A stretch of DNA of 63,300 nt, the filler included, from Octopus bimaculoides (taxonomy: Eukaryota): assembly GCF_001194135.2 (NCBI RefSeq). It is 5 parts of 5 records of this genome, joined end to end, with 100 filler letters (N's around TTAATTAATTAA, not from the genome) between each part and the next. Parts side by side here need not be neighbours in the genome. Positions count along the whole stretch, not along the records: positions 25,695 to 46,117 come from NC_068983.1; 4 more parts are not named here. One strand, written 5' to 3'. Shown here one piece after another: positions 26,278 through 40,125 of the stretch (position 1 is the first letter of the stretch; every line of letters starts with the position of its first letter). The position numbers were made by a program, and so were the translations under genes. A model generated the notes under the pieces. That model was given only the letters and a program-made list of their open reading frames with translations, was not told the origin of the DNA and searched no databases.

Positions 26278-27809
26278 TATTGATTTTGTTTTTGACAACA
26301 GATTACTGTAAGTTATTTTGGATACACCTTAGCTTTAAACAAGTAATAAATTGGTAAATCTGAATAATAAAATTCATCATGATAATGACTTTCTTAAAAA
26401 CACAAAATAAAACCAATAGTGATCAGCCAGAGAAAATATCATGTCAGACAGCTATCAAATATTATTATGATAAATCTTATGAAACTAAGTGAGAAAATAG
26501 GCTGGGAGCTTCTTTCATTTTTACAACTCAATTGAAAGAAGGAAACTTCTCAAAAGATATATATTAATGTAATATGAAGTTATATATGTACGTGTATGTG
26601 TATGTGTTTATGCACATCTGTGTGTGTGTGTTTACATACATATAACCATATACACATAAAAAGATACATGCGCACACATACACACACTCACATGTTTGTG
26701 GAGTTTTGGATATTATTGACTGATTGTAATAGTCGTATTTGCTGTTAATTTTTATAGATGCTCAATAGCTCCAGCGATTGCTGACAGAGTAGACTGCATC
26801 ATGGAATGGTAATGTTTAAGCCCCAAGTTGAAGGCTTTCTGGCCATGACTGTCCTGCCTTTTCAAACATAGATTGTCTTAGGTAACATTGTCTCATATGA
26901 GATAATGTCCTTCCTTTAAAAAACGAAAGAAGAAAAACATTATAGGAAATAATTTTCAAAAGACGTGACTGCTATTTCTAGCTGCTCACATGATCACATA
27001 AAGGCTCTTTCATTTGCCCATCTTGATATAACTGTTGTAGGTCATACTCTACATTTCTAACTGTGACTATTTCCTGTCTTTTGGGTTAGTTTTCCTTCCC
27101 CTCCAGCATTTTGGACTTTTATCATATATTGCTATTGTCATTATTGTTATTGTTGTTATTGTGTTACTACAAATCACCTCTGATAATGCAGGGGCATGGC
27201 TCACAAATGGTTTGGTGTCTGACTAGGAGTGTTCATGAAGCTGCTAGTTGACCCGCAAAAAATAGCTGTCAAGCCTCTTTCATACTTCCCACTGCTGGTT
27301 TAAAAATGGATGGCTATACGGTACAAAGTGAATGTAAATAATATCCCAGAAGAGATGGAAGAATGGCTAGTAGTAAGTACTGAGTGTTCTGGCTAAATTT
27401 AACAGTTTGCGCAAAAGGGAAAGAGAACACTGTGACCCATCCAAAAATGAAAGTATTTTAAAATATCATCAGAGGCAATGGGAGGTGATCGACACCTTTG
27501 GTGGTTTGCTATGCTTGAGAAAGCACATTAAGCCAAGTGAAATCGTAGTTGTAGTCAGTGCTGGTGACATGTAAAAAGCACCCACTACTCTTTTGGAGTG
27601 GTTGGCGTTAGGAAGGGCATCCAACCATAGAAACCAAGCCAAATCAGACTGGAGTCCAGTACAACTCTTTGGCTTACCAGCCTCAGTCAAACCATCTAAA
27701 CCATGCCAGCATGGAAAATGGATGCTAAATGATGATGATGATGATGATCAAATATATTATGGCTGAGAGATAACTGTTTACTCAAAGTAGCTGTGCTCTC
27801 ACTTTCTAC

Positions 27810-28260
27810 CATGGTCTCAAGATGGCTTTGGAACCTAGCCGTTGCATTTTTCACTGTATACCTGGGAAGGTCTTTGAGCACCTCCTTGGACTTGGCCACC
27901 AGCTTTGTGTTGTTATTGCAGGCAGAGGTTGGTTTCTTTTTCAATTGCACCAAACACATGATAATCCATGGTATTGCATTTGGGTGAATTTAGGAGGCCA
28001 GAAGTTGGGACTGTTAAAATTGTAGAAATTCTCTGACAACCACTTCTGACTCTTCCTGGAGTATGGCAAGGAGCTGATTCCTGCTGCCACACATATAGCC
28101 TTCCAACAGTAATCCTCTCCATCCAGGGATTGACCACAGTCTCCGGCAGCTTCATGTACCTATGCAAATTGAGCCTAAGGCCCTTGTCCTACAGTTGTCG
28201 AATGAATTCCAGCATGCGGATGAAGGTAGAATACCCACTGCTGTGTCTCTTCGTGCTGGC
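27810..28260 (-). mobile_element. Tc1/mariner (maT-like) transposase relic
   Basis: GLRLN...ETVVNPWMERITVGRLYVWQQESAPCHT...NSPKCNTMDYHVFGAIEKETN...ARFQSHLETMVE. Confidence 0.8.
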
Positions 28261-31200
28261 CTTAGCTTCATAAACTCCCTTTCAGCTATTCATGTCACAT
28301 CTTACTACCTTTACTGTGTTCATAGAGTGTTGAGCAGTTGTCATGATGTATTTTGATACCCAGTATGAATCATATTGATACAACTCTTTTCCAATATCCA
28401 GATGGCTTCCAGTCCACCATGTCACCTCACTTTTTCTCAACTGCAACTTTAATCTTTATGCTCTCCAATGCCATTGACTGTTCACCAATACATCAAGCAG
28501 TTCCTGGAGAAAGGAAACACAAACAAGTCTAGTACCTATTTTAGTGGTCACTTTTACCAAACTCCTAAGTTACAGGGATGTAAACAAACCAAAACCTGCA
28601 ATGGAGGGGGGACACATACACACACACAAAGACACTCACATGCATTTATATGTATATATACACACACACAGACTCATACATACACATTTATACGCACCTG
28701 CACACACACACACATCAAGCTTCCACTTAAGTTTCCATCCACCAAATTCACTCACAAGGCTTTGGTTGACCTAAGGCTACAGTAGGAGACATTTGCCCAA
28801 TGCAGTGGGATTGAACCTAAAACGATGTGCTTGCAAAGTGAACTTCCTCACCACACAGCCATGCTAGGTAGCATTAAAAAGGAAAAAAATGCTTTTATTG
28901 AAGAAGAGTAAATTACTTTTTAATTTTTATATTGGATTTCCTTAAAATCACATATGAAACCTTCTACCTGCTTTCTTCAATATTCCACAAAATGTCTATT
29001 TGTGTCTTAGCTTTCAGGCATGTTATCACTGAAAATATGCATTACCCCCTTATTATTGAATAGTTAGCATTAAGAAATGATACATGCAGCTAAAAAAATA
29101 AATGGTTGAATAAATAAATAAAACCAAACAAAATTTATGAGACACACCTGGATTTTATTGAGGCACAGTTTACTGTGACATTAGATTAAGGAACATCTAA
29201 CTATAAAAGTGTAATTTCAAACATCACTGCAATAACCATTTCACCATGCCCCATGCTTCTGGGCACAGCTCCTTATTTTATTAGCATTAAGTTAATCAAG
29301 CGGGAAAATGGCTTCTTCATAGTTGAATGCTCAACGCTGCAAAGAAAAACCTGTTATCTTTAAAGACAATTCATATCTAAATTTGTAGGAAGCTCTGTCT
29401 TAAAATATCTCGTCCATATTAACATAGATGACAAAATATATATCATTATCATCAGATTTCTTACCTTTGCCATCATCATCTTCAGAAATTCTACATGGTC
29501 GCTTGACTTGCTAAAAATAACAGCCAAATTTTTCTCAATTCACACTCTAAATGAGACTGATTGAATAAATATCAGGCTTAAAATATAAGTACTGGGGTTA
29601 CTTTGTTTGACTAAAACTCTTCAAGGCTGTGCTCCTGCCTGGCCACAGTCCAGTGACTGAAACAGATAAAAGGTGGGGATATTTTCAAAATTAATTGCAC
29701 ATATTTTGAGCTGCGTTCTCAATTACAGTTCATCTGGGCTCCAACTTTTGTGTGAGGTAATACCACACAATAGATCTTATCTATTATTTTTCTGCATATA
29801 GCTTTCAATAACCTTCCTTGTTCATTGTTCATATTTCACTATGTTTTTCTACTTTTATCTTTTAGTCAGGTGGGAAGACAGTGCACATGATCATTTGAAG
29901 TTGGTGGGGTGTGGAGAGGGAGGATGCCACTGAAGGTAGCAAAGGTGCCAAGTGGTGGTATTAAAGAAGGCAATGGATTTAAGTCTGACACCATTCAAGT
30001 TAGTCATGGCAAGACTTTGAACTCAGAAATGCAATGTGCTGGAACAGATACTGCAATGCATCTGACCTGACTGTTTTACTGGCCCGTCAATCTATTGCTT
30101 TGGATTGCTCCTTTGTATCAATCCCTGAAAGGATGAAAACCAAAGCCGACTTTCAAAAGGATTTGAACTTAGGGTGCAGAGATTCAAACCAAGTAATGCG
30201 AGGCTTCCTATCCACTGTTCTAATGACTGTCATTTCACCACCTGAGTATTGTCACACTATATTCCTTATACTTACTTATCACTTGTGCTTGCTGTAGTGG
30301 ATTGAGCCAGTTACAACCAATGAGTTCACCACATCCCTCACAAATGCTGACCATATCCAATGGCTGGTCCTAACATTCTAGCAGGCAACATGATGCTTCT
30401 GCCTATTGTCCAAAAATTCAGCTTGCAAATTGGACAAATGCGCCATTGAGAAAGCAAGCACATCAGATAGTGCAAACGTTGTAGCTGTAGTTATCATTCA
30501 TTGTTGAGGGGTGGAGTTCATAATTTAGAGTTTCAGTGAGAATACAAGCTCACATGTGGTCCCCAGTCACATGTGTACACACTATGGGATTGTGTGACAT
30601 GTAGCAGCTCATCTTGCCATTGATTGTTGACTGTCACAGATGGTTTCCTGACCAACTCACTGCCAATTATTGGAGCAAATTTATCCTGGGTTTGAAGTGG
30701 GTGGTATCCATGTTAGTTAACCCATAGCCAAGACCTTAACAGGCTCTGTATGTTCTGTATTTTAGAAAGAGAGATAAACAGAGGGAGAAACATGTTAGCA
30801 GAGACTGAATTTTGTTCACTTATTTCTTGCTCTAATTATCAGATTTTCACTGTAACTCCTTCTACATACCTATTTGGCTACACAGGCAACAACATCCTGG
30901 GTTATTCTTCATTGAATAAAATATGATTGCAAGAACAATAGCAATAACTCATACTTGCAAACATGCCAGTGAGAGTACTTCGCTTAAAGCACCTTGATCT
31001 GCTAAAGACAGCAGTCAAATCTCCATTCAATCACACCCTGCTGGCTTAAAAATAAAAAGAAAGAACATTGTATAATATCATCATCATCATCATCATCATC
31101 GTTTAACGTCCACTTTCCATGTTAGCATGGGTTGGATGATTTGACTGAGGACTGGTGAACCAGGTGGTTACACCAGGCTCCAATCTGATTTGGCAGAGTT

Positions 31201-32227
31201 TCTACAGCTGGATGCCCTTCCTAACGCCAACCGCTCCGAGAGTGTTAGATAATTATGTTTGATAATTATCTAGTGTTAGATAATTATAGTCTGAGATAAT
31301 TATGTTTGAATACTAGTTGGTGATCATGTCTAGAATGTCTTATGTCAAAGATAGACTGGGATTAAACAGCAATAACAATAAACTGACTTAAGTAGTTGAT
31401 AGACTTCATTTCATGGAGATTCCTTCTATTAACTACTTTTGTATGTCTAACACATATGAAATCCTTATTCTGCATAAACTAGGGTGCTGTCATATGATGC
31501 ATAACATCAGAGACATAATTTTGCCACTGTAAATTCAGGTCATGACGTATAGAGACAATAATTATAAATTTTGTCTATCCAAATTTCATGGTACTTAATG
31601 TAAAATGATGAAATGAATATTAATTTTTTTAAAACATAAATAGGTCTCAAATTAAACTAAATTAAATAAGACAAAATTATAATTTCGATATTTGCAATAA
31701 ATATGTTACCAATAACAACAGTTGAAGCAGCATTATCTGGTATTATTCATAGTGACAATATTATATACCCAACATTACAAGCAACATTCTAGTTAATATG
31801 TTGTAACCAATAAGATTAGAGTTATCTCACTTCTTCATGGGTTTAATAAACAGAGAACGATGGTGATAGACTGCCAATTACATTAATTGATATTTTGGGA
31901 ATTTTACTTTACCTAATTGTGAGGGGAAACTGAATATTAGCTTTTTATGGTAATATCAGAGAGAGGAATGCGTGTGTGTGTTATTTATTGGTCGGTTCAT
32001 ATATGTTAGATTGAAGCTTATGTACAGTTACTGCTTTATGCTCATAACTATTCAAGAAAACTTCAGTTCATTTGTTCGAAAATAAGTGCCATTCACACAT
32101 CACAATTGTGTTATGGACAATTGTTTATGCAACCATTTATTCACCATCATAATGGGCATTGACTAAGCCATTCATCAGAGAAAAAGAAAAAAAAGATTAA
32201 GTGAAGGCATGAAAAATTAATATACAT

Positions 32228-32259
<32 letters not shown>

Positions 32260-34823
32260 NNNNNNNNNNNNNNNNNNNNNNNNNNNNNNNNNNNNNNNNN
32301 NNNNNNNNNNNNNNNNNNNNNNNNNNNNNNNNNNNNNNNNNNNNNNNNNNNNNNNNNNNNNNNNNNNNNNNNNNNNNNNNNNNNNNNNNNNNNNNNNNNN
32401 NNNNNNNNNNNNNNNNNNNNNNNNNNNNNNNNNNNNNNNNNNNNNNNNNNNNNNNNNNNNNNNNNNNNNNNNNNNNNNNNNNNNNNNNNNNNNNNNNNNN
32501 NNNNNNNNNNNNNNNNNNNNNNNNNNNNNNNNNNNNNNNNNNNNNNNNNNNNNNNNNNNNNNNNNNNNNNNNNNNNNNNNNNNNNNNNNNNNNNNNNNNN
32601 NNNNNNNNNNNNNNNNNNNNNNNNNNNNNNNNNNNNNNNNNNNNNNNNNNNNNNNNNNNNNNNNNNNNNNNNNNNNNNNNNNNNNNNNNNNNNNNNNNNN
32701 NNNNNNNNNNNNNNNNNNNNNNNNNNNNNNNNNNNNNNNNNNNNNNNNNNNAGATATGAAAGGAAATATAGAGCTGAAATAAACAAAATAGTAGAACATC
32801 AAAATCTGGAAGTTCCAAATACTTACTGTAGAATTTAATGTCTTTTCTCTATTTGTTAGAGCTGCTACAGTATCTTTCTATCATTCCTTTCTTAATGTCT
32901 GCAACTTCTGTCTGGTAAGTTGCTTTCATTATGCTAATAATGTGTTGTGTTTGATAAATATACTTTTGTTGTCAATGTTTTGAAAGCTGGTCTGTGCCAA
33001 TGAAAAGATTACCCAGCCTAGTTCTGAGGTGGTTTAGAAAAAAAAAAAAAAAATTAAATTAAAATAAAATAAAATAAAATAAAATAAAATAAAAAAGATA
33101 TAAATGTGTTTACAATTTTTAAACAGTGTTTTGTGTATATATAAAAAGTGAATGTGAAATCAAATAAGAAGCAAAACTCAAGGACTTTTGATGCTTACTT
33201 TGAAAAAGAAAACTTCAACTCTAACAAAAAAAAACAAAAAAACAGTCTTTTTGAAAAAAAAAAATGTAGCCACTTATTTGCTAATCAATCTCAGTTGAAC
33301 CATCACAAAAGAGAAATAAAATAACTAAATTCAAATTTATTTAGTTGATAATAAATGGAAAAAGAAACACAGTGTAGTTGAACAGCTACATGTTAGAGTA
33401 TTGGTCATATACCAGGGTTATTACAGCTGAGAGACATATATTAGCTCTGAATTTTGTCTAAGAAAGAAACTCATGTCTTATTGTTGAATGCACGCAAGTG
33501 GTTGATTGTAGTACTAAAGTGATATGACCTCTGACCCAAAGTATGTACCAATATATTGCATTGTGTTTCTTCTGCCACAATTACATTCTTTGCTGCTTTC
33601 AATTGTCATTTGTATCCTTGCACTACTGTGTCTCAGCATCTACCTCTACACTAAACACATTACTCATTTTATCCTCTTCTGAAATTTATTTCTCAGTCAT
33701 ATTTAATCCCAAAACTCCATTCTGAAGTTGTTTAGATTTACCATTAGCCCCTCTTACAGTCACAATTCTACAAAAGCGAGTAAAAGTTATGAGTTTCTTT
33801 CAAAGAAACTACTAAAAAGTTTGTTCCTCTTTGACCCTTTGGATGGACTTCAACCCACCTGAGACATCCTGGTTCTATTATACAAAACTTCCCATTTTAA
33901 AGTGTTCATATTTGTATTAAAAACCTTCCATTATAATGAATTTTATGTATGAACTTTTCTTTCAGTTATGTTCTAATGATAAAAAAATGACATTTAACTA
34001 AATTCCTCCAAATTCTTGATTGTTTTCAAAATTAATCAAAGCTAAATTGGCAGAATATTTCATTAGAAATATCATCATGAAAGGGTTAAATGAGCATGAA
34101 AAAGAATTCATTAAAGCCAGTGTTGAAGGTGCTTTTAAATCCTTCATTTTATAGTTGGTGCGGTGTTTCGTAGTTGTCGCTCTGTTATCTTGTGTCTAAT
34201 TAGGAACTGTACAGATTAATTAATTTCTCGTCCTGGAATAATCCATTGATAATATTTCTTTTGATCAACATGGCTTGGGAGAATTCTACATGATGGATCT
34301 CTCTGCACTACAAGAATTGCTTTGACATTGCTAGCAAATTTTATTACTTTCTGTGATAATTCAACTTTCCATGAATTATAATATATTGCTGCTTAACTCT
34401 GGGGAATGTTGACCAATTATATAATGATTCCTTTGTCAGTGGTTCTAATCTATAGTTTACCATATCTTTTCTCTCTTTCATTTCCTTTTCCTTACTTATG
34501 TTCACTTTATACAGTAAGCATAGAAGTGACTCTGTCTCATTCTTCATCACTTCGTTTTTACACATGTGTGTGTGTGTATATCCAAGTCCTTGTTAATTTG
34601 TATAACTATGCCACTTTTTCAATGCAATGGTTTACTTTATTTTAATCACATTAAAAGAAGAAAAATAGATGCAAGGCTGTGTGGTAATAAACTTGCTTCT
34701 CAACTATATGGTTTGGGGTTCAGTCCTACTGTGTGGCGCCTTGGGCAAGTGTCTTCTTTTACTATATATAGCCTTGGGCCAACCAAAGCTTTGTGAGTGG
34801 ATTTGGTAGACAGAAACTGAAAG

Positions 34824-35053
34824 GCGGCGAGCTGGCAGAAACGTTAGCACACCGGGCAAAATGCTTAGCGGTATTTTGTCTGGCATTATGTTCTGAGTTC
34901 AAATTCTGCCGAGGTCAACTTTACCTTTCATCCTTTCGGGGTCGATAAATTAAGTACCAGTTACGCACTGGGACCGATGTAATCGACTTAATCCCTTTGT
35001 CTGTCCTTGTTTGTCCCCTCTATGTTTAGCCCCTTGTGGGCAATAAAGAAATA
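34824..35053 (+). mobile_element. Young family-B SINE nested in a family-A SINE
   Basis: Flanked by the 12-bp direct repeat AGAAACTGAAAG (34812-34823 and 35054-35065). The family-A sequence resumes exactly after it. Confidence 0.9.
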
Positions 35054-35749
35054 AGAAACTGAAAGAAGCCCATTGTGTGTGTGTCTTTGTTTCTGTTTTT
35101 GTCACCCTACCACTGCTTGACAACCAATGCTGATGTGTTTACATCCCCATAACTTAGTGGTTTGGCAAAAGAGACTGACAGAACGAGTATCAGGCTTTGA
35201 GAAATAAGTACTGGGGTTTGATACATTCAACTAAGAAAACTCTTCAAGGCAGTGCCCCAGCATGGCCATAGTCGAATGAGTGAAACAAGTAAAAGATAAA
35301 TAAGTTAATTACAAAAGGGACAGTATTACAAAAAGATGTCATGTCTTTAATATTGTTTAATAGATATTGTGTGTAAGGTGTAGACATTGCTGTGCAGTTA
35401 AGAAGTTTCACGGCATGGCACCTTGGGCAAGTGTCTTCTACTATTGCTTCAGGCCAACTAATAACTTGTGAATGAATTTGGTAGACATAAACTATGTAGA
35501 AACCTGTCATATATATATGTGTGTGTGTGTGTGAGAGAGAGAGGGGAGTGGGGTTGTGTATGAGTGTGTGTATGTGTGTGTGTGTGTGTGTGTGTGGTGT
35601 GAGATGCAGATGTGGCTGTGTGGTAAGAAGCTTGCTTCCCAGTCGCATGGTTCCAGGTTCAGTCCTATTGTGTGGCACCTTGGGATGACTAAAGCTTTGT
35701 GAGAAGATTTGGTAGGTAGAAACCGAAAGAACCCCATTGTATATATATA

Positions 35750-36082
35750 TACGAGGGTGTGCTGAAAAGTTCCTGGCTCTGTGTAAAAGAAAATACAGGA
35801 AGATCAGTTAACTAGGATTTTATTCAACATATTCCTCTCGCAGATTCGTACATTTATTGCAGCAGTCCTTCAGTTCTTCTAAGCCCTGTAAAAGAACTTG
35901 GAAGGTTGGGCTTTCAATCTGGCCTTCTGTATGAATTCATTGGCTCTTTATCCCAAATGAATTGTCTATGAATAAGTGATCCAAGTATAATATCAGTAAT
36001 GCACAAGAATACGAACAATAATATATAGAATCTAAAAACTTTACAGTCCTTAAAGCCAGGAACTTTGCAGCACCCTCTCATA
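35750..36082. mobile_element. Mariner-type MITE with TA ends and an internal 119-bp duplicated block
   Basis: TIR TACGAGGGTGTGCTGAAAAGTTCCTGGCT versus AGCCAGGAACTTTGCAGCACCCTCTCATA. Confidence 0.85.
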
Positions 36083-37195
36083 TATGTGCCTGTGTGCATC
36101 TTTGTGTTGTATTTGTTTACATTCTTATAACTAAGTGGATCAACAAAAAAAAAAAAAATCGATTGTGGTAAGTAGCTTGCTTACCAACCACATGGTTCCG
36201 GGTTCAGTCCCACTGTGTGGCACCTTGGGCAAGTGCCTTCTACTATAGCCTCGGGCCAACAAAAACCTTGTGAGTGGATTTGGTAGACGGAAACTGAAAG
36301 AAGCCCATCGTATCATCATCATCATCATCNNNNNNNNNNNNNNNNNNNNNNNNNNNNNNNNNNNNNNNNNNNNNNNNNNNNNNNNNNNNNNNNNNNNNNN
36401 NNNNNNNNNNNNNNNNNNNNNNNNNNNNNNNNNNNNNNNNNNNNNNNNNNNNNNNNNNNNNNNNNNNNNNNNNNNNNNNNNNNNNNNNNNNNNNNNNNNN
36501 NNNNNNNNNNNNNNNNNNNNNNNNNNNNNNNNNNNNNNNNNNNNNNNNNNNNNNNNNNNNNNNNNNNNNNNNNNNNNNNNNNNNNNNNNNNNNNNNNNNN
36601 NNNNNNNNNNNNNNNNNNNNNNNNNNNNNNNNNNNNNNNNNNNNNNNNNNNNNNNNNNNNNNNNNNNNNNNNNNNNNNNNNNNNNNNNNNNNNNNNNNNN
36701 NNNNNNNNNNNNNNNNNNNNNNNNNNNNNNNNNNNNNNNNNNNNNNNNNNNNNNNNNNNNNNNNNNNNNNNNNNNNNNNNNNNNNNNNNNNNNNNNNNNN
36801 NNNNNNNNNNNNNNNNNNNNNNNNNAAGTAAAAGTAAAAGAGAAAAGAGATTAAGTACCAGTATATAGGTTTTGGGTCAATTTGATTGACTAAGCTCATC
36901 ATGAGTGAAATTGGTATATGAATAAAAAAAATTAAAATGTACTGGCACTACAAGTGTATATTGAAATTCTCTTGTTTTACACGAACTGATTAAATTTTGG
37001 GATTGATCTGGTACCAGACAAAAATTCTGGATTATTTTTCCTGTTTTTTTTACTTAATTTCTGAGAGTGATCGGGTTAATTTTTAGTATTCTCATTTGTG
37101 AGAGCAGTCGAGTTTATTTCAGATATTCTCATTTTGAAAATCATCTCCAGCTAACCATTGGGAGGATGTTGGTGTTACCTCTCTGAGTGCTCTTG

Positions 37196-37241
<46 letters not shown>

Positions 37242-37469
37242 AGTGGTGAACTGGTGAAATCGTTAGCACGCTGGACGAAATGCTTAACAGTATTTCACCT
37301 GTTGGTACGTTCTGAGTTCAAATTCCATCAAGGTCAAATTTACCTTTCATCCTTTCGGGGTTGATAAAATAAGTACCAGTTAAACACTAGGGTCGATGTA
37401 ATCGTCTCATCCCCTCCTCACAAATTGCTGTCCTTGTGGCAAAATTTGAAACCATTATTATTATTATTA

Positions 37470-37519
<50 letters not shown>

Positions 37520-37697
37520 TAGTTTTATTTTTATAACGTACTTTCACTTCACTACCGAGCGCAGCTCTGTGCGCCTTGGGTATGTGCTGTGGTTTGCTGT
37601 GGTACTCTTATGTTTACTGTATTGAAGTGTTTTGCGTAGAATGTGTGCAGTACCCAGTAGTGCAATTTTCTGTTATATTATTATTATGATTATTATT

Positions 37698-37732
<35 letters not shown>

Positions 37733-37982
37733 TATTAATAAGGTGGCGAGCTGTTAGAATTCTTAGTATGCTAGGCAAAATGCTTAGTGGTATTTCTCTC
37801 ATTGATACATTCTGAGTTCAAGTTCTACCAAAGTCAACTTTGCCTTTCATCCTTTTGGGGTTGATAAATTAAGTGCTAGTTGAGTACTGGAGTTGATGTA
37901 ATCGACATAAACCCCTCCCCACAAATTTCAGGCCTTGCAGCTATAGGAGGAAGAAAGGATTATTATTATTATTATTATTATT

Positions 37983-38033
<51 letters not shown>

Positions 38034-38991
38034 CATAATTGGGCAGCAGGCTGGCAGAATTGTTCCCATGTCAGACAAAATGCTTTGCAGTATTTATTCT
38101 GACTTAATATGTTCTGAATTCAAATTCCACGGAGGTAAACTTTTACCTTTCATCCTTTTGGGGTTGATATAAGTACCAGTCAAGCACTGGGGTTCATATA
38201 ACCAATTAGCCCCTTCTCCCAAAAAATTTCAGGTCTTCTACCTATAGTAGAAAGAAAATATTAATTTCAAGGTAAACATGGTATTGAGTACTTTTAATGA
38301 TTTCAATGTTCAGGTTTCAGATCTTGATTGGTCTATTTTGCATTTTCATTCTTCCAAACCCCAACAACAGCAAAGAAAAAACCTCCAAATAAACAAAAGC
38401 CAAAAAAAAAAACAAAAAAAAAACAAAAAACAACTGTATTTATAATCTTATACTACAGTTGGTTGTTTCAATTGTCTACATTTCCTCCTCTGCAAAACTT
38501 GGTCTTGCAAATCGTTGCACTAAGTTGTTTCTTTGAAGTTGTTGTTGTTGTCCATATATTTAATTTAGAATACATTAGATTAACTTCCTTTATCTTTTTG
38601 CATTGTCTAAAGTAATGCTATATTTAACTGTTAGAATTATTATCATTTTTGTGTGTGTATGTGTGTGTGTGTTTGCTTGTTGTCTTCTCTGTTATGTATG
38701 ATAAAGCAGTAATCATGCTGGTACCTTCCCTTGTTAATTATTATGATCTTAATAGAATCGAAGTTTGGTTCTCCAACTTCTTCCTAGGTAGACTAGTTAC
38801 ATATTTCCCAAGACAATAGCTTGCTTGCTTTGCTTCACCACACCACACACAGCCTCATTAATTTCTTCTTTTTCATTCCTTCTAATTGTATCATGTATAA
38901 TCTGGTAGGCATCTATTTCTTTCCCTTTTATACTTCTTTATTTCTTCTTCATTACAGTCACTCATTCCCTGACTGTTCTTTTTTTTTTTTT

Positions 38992-39110
38992 CCTTCTGTA
39001 TGAATTCATTGGCTCTTTATCCCAAATGAATTGTCTATGAATAAGTGATCCAAGTATAATATCAGTAATGCACAAGAATATGAACAATAATATATAGAAT
39101 CTAAAAACTT
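38992..39110 (+). repeat. 119-bp segment duplicated at 35923-36041
   Basis: Direct comparison shows 118/119 identity in the same orientation. Confidence 0.95.
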
Positions 39111-39281
39111 CACTTTCCCATTAATCTTCAAAGTAAAGAGCTCTTTTATACATTTACTTCAGAGTTCTATAAGTGAGTTTTAAAGGGAGTTTTTATATCC
39201 AATACTCAACCTTCTTTTGTTGAAACCTAGATATTTAGAATCATACACTTTGATTTGAATACACAAATGGACATGTATTCA

Positions 39282-39325
<44 letters not shown>

Positions 39326-39824
39326 GTGTGCTCTGTATACATATGTGTGCATGCATGTGTACGTTGTGTATACATAAGCATGTGTGTATATGTACCTGTA
39401 TATATGTAAGTATCTGTATATAATTATACTGATGATGATATATGCATATGCAATCATCATCATCATCGATATAATTTTACTATCACTTTTCCATACTTAC
39501 ATGGGTTTGATAAGTCTTCTCTCCCTGTCATTTGTGATTCCATGTCTTCTTTGTAAAGTTCAACAACCTGAAATAAGTGTCCACCACTTCTTTCTATGTC
39601 CTACTTGCGCCTCTTCTTCAGCATGTTCCCTCCACTTAGATTCCTAGGCACTTCTTTATCTATCTGTCATTCCTCTTATGCATTTTATAGGTGCAAGCAT
39701 GGGTGTGTAGTTAAGAAGCTTGCTTTACAACCACCTTCAGCCCTGTAGGGAATTGGGTACTGCAATTGTGCTTGCATTCATGCAATGGTGCATATGTCTT
39801 TTTAGCACATGAGCATATGCTTGC

Positions 39825-40125
39825 TGGTGCCATGTAAAAAGCAGTGGTGCTGGTGCCACATAAAAAGCACTGGTGCTGGTGCCATGTAGAAAGCATCAGT
39901 ACTGGTGCTACATAAACGGCACCGGTGCTGGTGTCATGTAAAAATCAGTGGTGCTGGTGCCATCTAAAAAGCATTAGTGCTGGTGCCACATAAAATGCTT
40001 GCTGGTGTCATGTAAAAAGCACTAGTGATGGTGCCACATAAAAGGCACTGGTGATGGTGCCACATAAAAAAAACACTAGTGCTTTGTAGAAAGCACTGGT
40101 GATGGTACTGCATAAAAAGCACCAA
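39825..40125. repeat. Degenerate minisatellite, unit about 26 bp (ACTGGTGCTGGTGCCACATAAAAAGC), about 12 copies, inside a family-C repeat
   Basis: Head-to-tail units without spacers. Confidence 0.85.

Noticed and set aside
39825-40125. CRISPR-like appearance of the 26-bp repeats
   Set aside because: No unique spacers, degenerate units, eukaryotic context and no cas genes.
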